64,000 bases of DNA from contig CACVAY010000103.1 of assembly GCA_902727985.1 (NCBI GenBank), forward strand, positions 11,086-75,085. Reading direction: 5' to 3'. The position numbers and the translations under genes were made by a program. Origin of the DNA: an uncultured Thiotrichaceae bacterium (GTDB lineage Bacteria > Pseudomonadota > Gammaproteobacteria > Thiotrichales > Thiotrichaceae). The notes under the pieces were generated by a model. It was given only the letters and a program-made list of their open reading frames with translations. It was not told the DNA's origin and did no database searches. Below are positions 29,749-38,555 of this stretch, one piece after another. The stretch's first letter is position 1; each line of letters starts with the position of its first letter.

Positions 29749-32700
29749 TTATCTTTGTGTAGAATGTTCTTGCCAGAATTTGTTAAGGCGCTTTGCCGAA
29801 ATGGGACGTTGAGTGCCAAGCTCCTGGGCGAATAAGGAAATACGGAACTCTTCAATCATCCAGCGGTATATAGTTAAGTCTTTTTCACTAAGCATTTGTA
29901 TATCAGCATTCTTTTTGATTTCTACGGTATAACGCTCCCATAAAGGTAATACTTGTAAGCGTAAACCTCGATCACGTGTTTCACTTTCTTGCAATTTATC
30001 GAGTCTTCTGAGAACACCCTTCAAGTACTTGGGAAGCATTCTAAGTTGTTCTAAGTCTAGTGATTCTAGAAACCCTGGGTAAATGAGATGTTGCATTTGT
30101 TTCTTCATATCATTGAGTGCTTCCAGCCAATTAATTTTTATATTGCCTTTTAATTGTTTGTGAATCTCGAAATGTGAAGCTAATACAGGGTCTAATAAAT
30201 GGCAGAGGGTTTTGCTTGTGTCTAAAAGGCTATTTTGACGGGATGTGAGTAGCTCTTGAAAGTCAGTTTGGGTTCTAGGAAGTGCTTCACGTAGAAAAGT
30301 GTGATCATAACTGGCGTCAACGAGAGCGCGTTGTAACTCGTCACATTTCCCCGTTGCGGAATACCACATACATAACTTTTGTTGTTGTGAGATATGTTTT
30401 TTGAGTTGTCGAAGTTGCTCAGTTGTTCGTAGTTGGAAGAGTTTACGTACCCCCTTTTTATGGGCTGTCTGTGATTCTAGGAGGCTATCAAATAACTGGA
30501 TATCAACAACGTCTTTTTTAGCAACGATCGCTGGATAGGCGCGTACATGGATACCATGATTATTCACTGAGAGGTATTCAGGTAAATCACCAAACGTCCA
30601 ATTACTTAGCCCTTGTTGCTCTAAAGCATGTGTTTTGATTTTCTGGAAGCTTTCGACTGTTTTGTGTTTTACGTCGCCCTTGAGTTTCAGTAAGTCTCTT
30701 CCTGTTTTCAGTGTTTTACCTTTTTCATCAATAATTTCAAACCGCATTACCAAATGCTCGGGCAATTTTAGCTTATCCCATTCTTCTTGTGGAATGGTTG
30801 AACCTGTCATGCGTAATAACTGATGATTCAAGGTACTAAACAAGGAATCTGTACTAGAGCTGTGGATGGCTTCAACGCATGCCTTTGCATATTCAGGAGC
30901 TGGCACGAATTGTTTGCGTGTTTGTTTAGGTAAGGCACGAATAATGTTAGTAATTTTCTCCTCTAACATGCCAGGTACAAGATAGTCAAACAGCGTCGGT
31001 TGAATGTGTGAGAGCAAAATATGTGGAACACTGCAGGTTACGCCATCATGATCATGACCTGGTTCAAAATGGTACTGTAAAGGCAGGCTAACACCTGAGT
31101 ATTTTAGTTGGTCAGGGAATGCTGCGGAGCCGATATGTTTGGTGTCGCGCTGGAATAAGTCTTCGGCTTTATAGAACAATGCATCAGCATGCTGCTTTTC
31201 CTGTGACTTTCGCCATTTTTCGAACGTTTTTCCATTATAAATAGTGGCAGGAATGATTCTATCGTAGAAGTCATAAAGGACTTCTTCATCGACTAAAATG
31301 TCGCGTCGTCTGGACTTGGCTTCAAGGTTCTCAATTGAACGAATCAATTTACGATTATGTTGGAAAAACGTGGCTTTGGTTTCGTATTCGCCATAGATCA
31401 AGGCGTGTCGAATAAACAATTCACGACTGTTTTTTGGATCTATAGGGCCATAGTTAATTTTGCGGCGGGCATGAAGGGTAATGCCATATAAGGTAATACG
31501 TTCAAAGGCCCCGACTTGCGCGGAGCGTTTTTCCCAATGAGGTTCTGAATAATGGCGTTTGATGAGGTGTTTGGCGCTATGCTCAATCCACTCAGGTTGA
31601 ATACGAGCCACAGTTCGAGCGAAGAGTTTCGATGTTTCGACTAGCTCAGCAGCCAATATCCATTTGGGTGGCTTTTTGTGTAAAACTGATCCAGGAAAAA
31701 GGGTGAATTTTTTTTGATGAGCGCCAAGGTATATACGGTCCTCATCTTTGAAACCAATATTGCCTAGCAAGCCAGTGAGTAAGCTCTTGTGAATCGCATC
31801 CTCATTTACATTCCAATCTTTAGCCAGAGTGCTGTCAAGTTGGCGAGCAATTTGGTCGCGAATATCTTGCCATTCCCGCATGCGGATATAGGAGATAAAT
31901 TCTTTTTTGCAGAGTTTCCGTAACTTATTCTGCGAGAGAGTAGCACGCTGCTCTTGAAAATAATTCCAAAGATTTATATAACCGATAAAGTCGGAATGTT
32001 TATCTTTAAAGCGACTATGTTTCTCATCAGCAGCTTGTTGTTTTTCCAGAGGGCGTTCACGTGGGTCTTGAATAGATAGGGCGCTGACGATGATGAGTAC
32101 CGCTTCCAAAGACTTAAGTGTTGTGGCTTCAATCAGCATGCGTGCTAAACGTGGGTCAATTGGCATACGGGCAATCTGCCGTCCCATTTTTGACAGACGA
32201 TGGTGTTTGTCTACCGCGTGAATTTCAAAAAGCAGTTTGAAGCCATCTTTAATTTGGCGAGAATCGGGTGGCTCGATAAAGGGGAAAGCGGCGATATCCC
32301 CCAGGCGCATATGAGTCATTTGTAAAATAACCGACGCTAGATTCGTTCTCAGAATTTCTGGGTCAGTGAATGCTGGACGTGCCAGAAAGTCTTCTTCGGA
32401 ATAAAGTCTGATAGCGATACCGTCACTGGTTCTTCCACATCGTCCAGAGCGTTGATTGGCTGAAGCTTGTGAGGTGCGTTCAATAGGCAAACGTTGAATA
32501 CGTGCTCGCCATGAATAACGAGAAATGCGTACTTGTCCTGTATCAATGACGTATTTAATGCCAGGGACGGTTAATGAGGTTTCCGCAACATTGGTGGATA
32601 AAATAATGCGTTGCCCACGATGTGCCTGAAAAATTCGATATTGTTCCTGACTGGATAAGCGGGCAAAAAGCGGCAAAATTTCTGTGGCGGCATAATTTTG

Positions 32701-33609
32701 TTTACGAAGCATATCTGCAGCATCGCGAATTTCGCGTTCTCCTGAGAAGAAAATCAGAATATCACCGCGAGATTCTCGTTTCAGTTCATCAACCGCATCA
32801 ACGATGCCTTGGAATATATCACGATCATCTTGCTCCTCTGTTTCTGAAACTAAAGGACGATAACGAATTTCGACGGGGTAGGTTCTGCCTGAAACCTCAA
32901 TAATGGGTGCATCATTAAAATGTTTCGAGAATTTTTCAGGGTCAATTGTCGCTGAGGTAATGATCAGCTTTAGATCTTTGCGACGCGGTAACAACCATTT
33001 CAGATAGCCTAGTAGAAAATCGATGTTTAGGCTGCGTTCGTGTGCTTCATCAATAATCAAAGTATCGTATTGGGTGAGGAATCTATCCTCCTGAACTTCG
33101 GCGAGCAAAATGCCATCTGTCATGACCTTGATATAGGAATTCGCATGCGTTTTATCATGGAAACGAATCTTATAGCCGGCGGCTTGTTCGCTTTTTAATT
33201 CTTCTGCAATACGTTTTGCAACACTTTGTGCGGCAAGGCGTCGAGGCTGGGTATGGCCAATATACCCATTAAGACCAAGTCCGAGCTCAAGACACATTTT
33301 GGGTAATTGTGTGGTTTTCCCAGAGCCTGTTTCGCCACAAATGATGACGACTTGATTCTCTTTAATCGCTGTAATAATCTCTTCACGTCTTTCTGAAACA
33401 GGCAGGTTTTCAGGGTAATCAGGCGTGGGTAAATGCTGTAAGCGGGATTGGCGAGTTTTTATTGAACGCTCAATATCATGCTGTAACTTAGCTAATGTTT
33501 TTGGCGTCGAAGATTTTTTCTCGCGTATAAGACGTTGACGAAAACGGAATTGCTCTGGAAAGAGGCAATTTTTCAGCTGTTCTTCAAGTTGTTTAAGCGT
33601 TTGTCTCAC
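29749..33609 (-). CDS. hrpA: ATP-dependent RNA helicase HrpA (DEAH-box)
   Basis: 1286 aa with the motifs GETGSGKTTQLP, IIDEAHERSL, SATID, TNVAETSLTVPGI and QRSGRCGR, plus the long HrpA-specific C-terminal extension. Confidence 0.95.
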   Translation of the reverse strand: MRQTLKQLEEQLKNCLFPEQFRFRQRLIREKKSSTPKTLAKLQHDIERSIKTRQSRLQHLPTPDYPENLPVSERREEIITAIKENQVVIICGETGSGKTTQLPKMCLELGLGLNGYIGHTQPRRLAAQSVAKRIAEELKSEQAAGYKIRFHDKTHANSYIKVMTDGILLAEVQEDRFLTQYDTLIIDEAHERSLNIDFLLGYLKWLLPRRKDLKLIITSATIDPEKFSKHFNDAPIIEVSGRTYPVEIRYRPLVSETEEQDDRDIFQGIVDAVDELKRESRGDILIFFSGEREIRDAADMLRKQNYAATEILPLFARLSSQEQYRIFQAHRGQRIILSTNVAETSLTVPGIKYVIDTGQVRISRYSWRARIQRLPIERTSQASANQRSGRCGRTSDGIAIRLYSEEDFLARPAFTDPEILRTNLASVILQMTHMRLGDIAAFPFIEPPDSRQIKDGFKLLFEIHAVDKHHRLSKMGRQIARMPIDPRLARMLIEATTLKSLEAVLIIVSALSIQDPRERPLEKQQAADEKHSRFKDKHSDFIGYINLWNYFQEQRATLSQNKLRKLCKKEFISYIRMREWQDIRDQIARQLDSTLAKDWNVNEDAIHKSLLTGLLGNIGFKDEDRIYLGAHQKKFTLFPGSVLHKKPPKWILAAELVETSKLFARTVARIQPEWIEHSAKHLIKRHYSEPHWEKRSAQVGAFERITLYGITLHARRKINYGPIDPKNSRELFIRHALIYGEYETKATFFQHNRKLIRSIENLEAKSRRRDILVDEEVLYDFYDRIIPATIYNGKTFEKWRKSQEKQHADALFYKAEDLFQRDTKHIGSAAFPDQLKYSGVSLPLQYHFEPGHDHDGVTCSVPHILLSHIQPTLFDYLVPGMLEEKITNIIRALPKQTRKQFVPAPEYAKACVEAIHSSSTDSLFSTLNHQLLRMTGSTIPQEEWDKLKLPEHLVMRFEIIDEKGKTLKTGRDLLKLKGDVKHKTVESFQKIKTHALEQQGLSNWTFGDLPEYLSVNNHGIHVRAYPAIVAKKDVVDIQLFDSLLESQTAHKKGVRKLFQLRTTEQLRQLKKHISQQQKLCMWYSATGKCDELQRALVDASYDHTFLREALPRTQTDFQELLTSRQNSLLDTSKTLCHLLDPVLASHFEIHKQLKGNIKINWLEALNDMKKQMQHLIYPGFLESLDLEQLRMLPKYLKGVLRRLDKLQESETRDRGLRLQVLPLWERYTVEIKKNADIQMLSEKDLTIYRWMIEEFRISLFAQELGTQRPISAKRLNKFWQEHSTQR

Positions 33610-33797
33610 GAAATATAAGTGTTTTGTGTATGAAAAGTGTCGCTATAGAGCGGTCTGAGGGCGAAAGTGTACAGAGTAATCTAAAGATATTGAATTTATT
33701 TACTAAGTCACTATAGTAAAGAACAGAGTCTAATTTATTCCACATCATTCTGAGTGTGGAGAAGTAGTCTAATAATTATTGATAGAACGAGGTTAAC

Positions 33798-34508
33798 ATG
33801 AGTTATCTAGATATTAATTCGGGGCAGGTAGTTGCTAATGCCTCAGAGGAAGCACGTGCTGCGTTTATTCGTCGTACCTATTTACATCTTGGTGGGGCGA
33901 TTGTCGCATTTGTTGGTTTAGAATATTTGATGATCCAATCGGGTATTGCACAGCAGTTTGCTGCGGTTCTTGGTGCATCAAAGTGGATGTGGTTATTGGT
34001 TATGGCGGGTTACATGGGTATCTCTTACCTTGCTGACAACTGGGCACGCTCCGCAATTTCACGTGAAAAGCAATACATGGGGCTTGGCCTCTATGCCGTT
34101 GCGTTTGCATTCATTATCAGCCCAATGATCTATCGAGCGGCGACGACAGCACCTGATGTGTTGATGAATGCGGTCATTGTAACGGGGGCATTGGTAGCGG
34201 GTTTAACCTTTACTGCTTTCACCTCTAAAGTGAATTTTTCATTTTTAGGACGTAGCTTGATGATCGGTGGTTTTGTAGCAATGGGTATTATTGTTGCGGC
34301 AATCATCTTCGATTTCTCGTTAGGTGTATGGTTTTCAGGTGCAATGATTTTATTTGCTGCAGCTTCTGTTCTATACAGTACTTCAAACATCATCCATGAA
34401 TATCACACAGATCAGCACGTTGCTGCTTCTCTGTCTCTGTTTTCAAGTATAGGTTTGCTGTTCTGGTATGTTCTGCAGTTTATGATGAGTCTAGGTGGTG
34501 GTGATTAA
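33798..34508 (+). CDS. BAX-inhibitor-1/YccA-family membrane protein
   Basis: 236 aa with 7 TM helices. The N-terminal FIRRTYLHLGGAIVAFVGLEY and the C-terminal acidic-residue region are typical of the BI-1 family. Confidence 0.85.
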   Translation: MSYLDINSGQVVANASEEARAAFIRRTYLHLGGAIVAFVGLEYLMIQSGIAQQFAAVLGASKWMWLLVMAGYMGISYLADNWARSAISREKQYMGLGLYAVAFAFIISPMIYRAATTAPDVLMNAVIVTGALVAGLTFTAFTSKVNFSFLGRSLMIGGFVAMGIIVAAIIFDFSLGVWFSGAMILFAAASVLYSTSNIIHEYHTDQHVAASLSLFSSIGLLFWYVLQFMMSLGGGD

Positions 34509-34536
34509 GCGATTTAATTAATGCTTCTGGAGACAC

Positions 34537-34566
34537 AAAAAAACCTGCTTAAAGCAGGTTTTTTTT
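34537..34566. terminator. intrinsic terminator (A-tract/stem/T-tract, bidirectional-looking) after the BI-1 gene
   Basis: The layout is A7 (34537-34543), stem CCTGC (34544-48), loop TTAAA, stem GCAGG (34554-58), then T8 (34559-34566). Confidence 0.7.
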
Positions 34567-34874
34567 ATTGTTGCGAATAAGTATGACGTATGATTTTTTG
34601 TTTTAAAAAGTAGAACTTGAGCGTTATCTACCGTGTTGTTTTATTCCCGATCTTCATCCCTTTAATCAGAAAAAATCGCATTATTATCCTTCCTAAAATA
34701 ACCTCTATGTTCTAAGAAGACCCATTTTATGAGTCGGCAGGGCATTATCAGATGTCGAAATGTTGATTGATCAGGGTGTTCAAGCTGTTGTGATGGCGAA
34801 GTGATTTCAAGAAGAGAGCTCACAGGAAGTAAGCCATCATAATCGTTCATAACTCTAACAAGAAAGTAACGTAT

Positions 34875-35345
34875 ATGGCATCCGATCGATTTATTTCTAC
34901 ACCCGAAGGTAATGATGCAGAACATGTAAATCTTGACGATATAAAGGTTCTGGTTGTTGATGATAGTAAAACGATTCTTCGTTCTGCCGAACTGTATCTG
35001 AAGGAAAAAGGCTGTGAAGTGAGAACGGTTGAAGATGGTTTTCAGTCACTCTCAATCATTGACGATTACCAACCTGATATTATTTTTCTTGACATCATGA
35101 TGCCACGTTTGGACGGCTATCAGACTTGCGCGATGATAAAGAGCAATGAGGAATATGCTGATATTCCCGTTATTATGCTGTCGAGCAAGCATAATTTATT
35201 TGATAAAGCCCGAGGGCGTTTGTCGGGTTCTGAAGAATATCTTACCAAACCTTTTTCTCATGATGATTTGATCAGTGCTATCAATACACACACACATACA
35301 CAAACTGATGATGCAGAAAAATTACCTGAAGAATTCTTGTTCTAA
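34875..35345 (+). CDS. pilG: CheY-like response regulator PilG
   Basis: 156 aa. It is a single REC domain with an N-terminal extension: KVLVVDDSKTILRSAE...PDIIFLDIMMPRLDGYQTCAMIK...IPVIMLSSK...EYLTKPF. It is the first gene of the pilGHIJ-chpA order. Confidence 0.85.
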   Translation: MASDRFISTPEGNDAEHVNLDDIKVLVVDDSKTILRSAELYLKEKGCEVRTVEDGFQSLSIIDDYQPDIIFLDIMMPRLDGYQTCAMIKSNEEYADIPVIMLSSKHNLFDKARGRLSGSEEYLTKPFSHDDLISAINTHTHTQTDDAEKLPEEFLF

Positions 35346-35365
35346 TGCATTGATAGGGGCTGATT

Positions 35366-35743
35366 GTGGTTGATGTACTGATTGTCGAAGATTCACCTAC
35401 AGCGTCCTTTGTTTTAAGACATATGATTGAAAGTTTGGGGTTTAGTGTTGCAATGGCATCTAATGGTTCACATGCGCTGGAAATGGCAAAGAAACAGAAG
35501 CCGGAATTGATTTTGATGGATTTGATGATGCCGATTATGGATGGTTATCAGGCAACGCGTATCTTTAAAACAAATGCTGAATTAAAGGGTGTACCCGTCG
35601 TGATCCATAGTAGTAAGAGTCAAACAACAGACAAGTTGTGGGCAAAAAAACAAGGTGCATCAGGTTTTCTTGCAAAGCCTGCCTCGAAAAGACAATTACA
35701 ACGAATGATGAATTATTTCCTTCCAAACCATGAGGTCAGCTAA
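35366..35743 (+). CDS. pilH: CheY-like response regulator PilH
   Basis: 125 aa with a GTG start. The REC domain reads VLIVEDSPTASFVLRHM...PELILMDLMMPIMDGYQATR...VPVVIHSSK...GFLAKP. Confidence 0.85.
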   Translation: MVDVLIVEDSPTASFVLRHMIESLGFSVAMASNGSHALEMAKKQKPELILMDLMMPIMDGYQATRIFKTNAELKGVPVVIHSSKSQTTDKLWAKKQGASGFLAKPASKRQLQRMMNYFLPNHEVS

Positions 35744-36245
35744 TATGTTATCACCGCATGGTCTTATTGTCGGTATGGCGTTAATTGATAAGCATAATCA
35801 ATCGCAAGAGAATTATTTATCGGGCTTGTCTGGAATTCTTGTGAAATCTCAGCAATATCATTTGTTGATCAAGAAAGAACGCATGTTGGAAATTCAAACC
35901 GTTCAGGAGATGACAAGAGCTATTGATGACCGCCGTTGGTTAACGGGCTTGATTCAGTACAATGGGCATGTGATTCCGCTGATTGAAATCAGCATGTTGC
36001 TGAATACTCAAGCATATGGTTCGGGTTTAAAAGATCGTCAAGTCATTGTTGTTAATAGCGAGATTGGCATCATTGGTTTGTTGGTCGAAAAAGTTTTAGG
36101 TTACCGGGATTTTTGGACAGATGATAAAGCGCTGGAATCGATTGATGAAAACAAAACAGGCATCATCTCTCATACATTAAACTACGCTAATAAAAAAATC
36201 TCTATTTTATCTATGAGTAGGTTGGCTAAGGAAATTAATCAATAG
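35730..36245 (+). CDS. pilI: CheW-like coupling protein PilI
   Basis: 171 aa of CheW-domain size and pattern, lying between pilH and the MCP gene. An alternative ATG at 35745 would remove the 14-nt overlap with pilH. Confidence 0.75.
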   Translation: MRSANMLSPHGLIVGMALIDKHNQSQENYLSGLSGILVKSQQYHLLIKKERMLEIQTVQEMTRAIDDRRWLTGLIQYNGHVIPLIEISMLLNTQAYGSGLKDRQVIVVNSEIGIIGLLVEKVLGYRDFWTDDKALESIDENKTGIISHTLNYANKKISILSMSRLAKEINQ

Positions 36246-36326
36246 GATAGAAAATATAGCTCTGTGAAATGCTGATGGGGTTAGCACTAATACCCCTCTA
36301 AATAATTAAAACAATAAAAAGTAATA

Positions 36327-38447
36327 ATGTCACGAAACCTATTATCATTGAGTATTTCTAGAAAATCTGTATGGATTTCGCTTGTGCTTTTATTGTTGTT
36401 ACTGAGCTTAATGATTCTTAGTTTTAGTTATTCTTACCGACAATCACTTGCAGACAATCAGCGCTTGCAAATTGTTTCAGAGATGAATTTGCTTTCTCAG
36501 CAGCTTCTAACGTCAACGGCTATTACAGTAAAAAGTGATAAGAGTTCCTTTGAACGGTTAGAGGCTCAAAGGGATGAGTTTCAGGTGAAATTTACAGAGT
36601 TGGAAACCTTGCAATTGGAATCCAGGTTTGCTGTGAAGCTTGATTCTTTAGATGAAGTTAGGGTGAGCTGGAAACCATTTTACGAACAGTTAGCGAATAT
36701 TCTGAAGCACCGAACAGCTATCAATAACACTCATGCCTTTGCAAAAACTATTTATGAAACATTACCAACAATGCAGCTGGCTGCAGAGCAGGTAGTTTTA
36801 AGGCTAGAAAAGAATAGCAGCAATACTGAGCAGTTAAAACTAGCGATCAGTCAGCTCATTTTGTTACAAAAATTAGAGAATAATTTACTTCTGATGATAG
36901 AAGGAAGAGGAAATATTGAACGGGTCATTAATAGCTTCTCCATACAGACATTGAAATTTGATGAAAAACTCAACTTATTATTGAAAGGAAGTCGTCAGAA
37001 GGGGTTAGTCGCCGTTTCAAATCGTGAAGCACTCTTTTATTTGGAGGAGATATCAGGAAAGTTAGAGGAGCTAGGTCAAGAAATTCGTTCACTATTGGAA
37101 AGCGCGACATCTTTACAAAGAATTTATGATGGAGTGAATGTGGGTGAGATATTGGGAGAGCAATTGTTTCAGGCTGTTAAAACTATGCACACGCAAATTG
37201 GGGAGCGAAAGCGCTCTACTCAGGTAATCAACTTGTCTGGTTATGTATTTGCGGCTTTGAGTTTTCTCAGTTTGATCTGGTTAGCCTATGCGCTTTTTTA
37301 TGATCATCGTGAACAACTCCGCAAGACAACAGAGGAAAATGAAAGCAATCAACAGGGTATCATGCATTTGATGAACCGTATGACCGCGTTGTCTCAGGGG
37401 GACTTAACGGTTTCTGCAAGAGTCACAAAAGATATCACAGGGTCTATTGCTGATGCGTTTAACCACACGGTAGAAGAACTGAGAGAGCTGGTGACAAAAA
37501 TCAATACAACTTCAGGCCAGTTGAATGATTATGCACAACGTGCCGATAAAACAGCAGAGGAATTATCGGATGCCAGTAAGGCGCAAAGTAATGAAGTGGT
37601 TTCCGCATCAACCACAATTAGTACGATCACGAAGAATGTTGAACAAGTTGCCACCTATGCAGTGAATTCAGCGGAGGTCGCTCAGAAATCTTTAACCATT
37701 TCCAGAGAAGGTGCACAAACCGTTCGTGAGACGCTTTCAGGTATGCATGCTATCCGAGAGCAGGTTCAAGTAACTGCGAAACGGATTAAACGTCTGAGTG
37801 AGAGTTCTCAAGAAGTGAGCCATATTTCTCAACTGATGAATGAAATTGCGGAACAGACACAAGTACTCGCGTTGAACGCCTCTATCCAAATGAGTAGTGC
37901 GGGTGATTCAGGTAAAAGTTTTGGTGGGGTTGCCGAAGAGATTCAGTTGTTAGCAAAGCAGGCAACGAATACCTCTAGAAAAGCTGAGGTCCTTGTAAAT
38001 ACCATGCAAATGGATACTCAGAAAACAGTTACTTCCATGGAGGAAACCATTTCGCATGTGGTGAAGGGTACACAGACCGCCGAAGATGCGGGGAATGCCT
38101 TAGTGGCAGTAGAGTTTGAATCTGACCGAATTGCAAAATTGATGCTGAATATTGCTCGGGTTACTAAGGAGCAACTTGATCTATCACAGGTAACGAAAAA
38201 GAAAATGGCTTCTATTCAAGAAATTACTTTGCAAGCATTTGAGAGAGTAAGTGAGACATCGCAGTTGATTAATAGCCTGACATCCACGGCAAATGAGCTT
38301 CAGGTTTCAGTTTATCGTTTCAAGTTGCCTAAATTGAAGCGAACCAATCACAATCAGCCTGCTGTGTTTAATAAGCTGCCTCAGATGAGCAAGAAAAATA
38401 CAGCAATGGAAGAGACAAAAAAAACGGCAGTGGGTGCTATTTCATAA
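36327..38447 (+). CDS. pilJ: methyl-accepting chemotaxis protein PilJ
   Basis: 706 aa. It has TM1, a large periplasmic domain of about 270 aa, TM2, a HAMP-like region and the highly conserved MCP tip ISQLMNEIAEQTQVLALNASIQMSSAGDSGKSFGGVAEEIQLLAKQ. Confidence 0.9.
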   Translation: MSRNLLSLSISRKSVWISLVLLLLLLSLMILSFSYSYRQSLADNQRLQIVSEMNLLSQQLLTSTAITVKSDKSSFERLEAQRDEFQVKFTELETLQLESRFAVKLDSLDEVRVSWKPFYEQLANILKHRTAINNTHAFAKTIYETLPTMQLAAEQVVLRLEKNSSNTEQLKLAISQLILLQKLENNLLLMIEGRGNIERVINSFSIQTLKFDEKLNLLLKGSRQKGLVAVSNREALFYLEEISGKLEELGQEIRSLLESATSLQRIYDGVNVGEILGEQLFQAVKTMHTQIGERKRSTQVINLSGYVFAALSFLSLIWLAYALFYDHREQLRKTTEENESNQQGIMHLMNRMTALSQGDLTVSARVTKDITGSIADAFNHTVEELRELVTKINTTSGQLNDYAQRADKTAEELSDASKAQSNEVVSASTTISTITKNVEQVATYAVNSAEVAQKSLTISREGAQTVRETLSGMHAIREQVQVTAKRIKRLSESSQEVSHISQLMNEIAEQTQVLALNASIQMSSAGDSGKSFGGVAEEIQLLAKQATNTSRKAEVLVNTMQMDTQKTVTSMEETISHVVKGTQTAEDAGNALVAVEFESDRIAKLMLNIARVTKEQLDLSQVTKKKMASIQEITLQAFERVSETSQLINSLTSTANELQVSVYRFKLPKLKRTNHNQPAVFNKLPQMSKKNTAMEETKKTAVGAIS

Positions 38448-38555
38448 TACATAAGGAAGTTAGAGGAGAGCTCGTTTGAGATCATTGGTATTTTAAGCGG
38501 GTGTCCCCTGTAGTTTCCTCAAATAAGAATAATAAATCATAATAATAGGTGGAAT

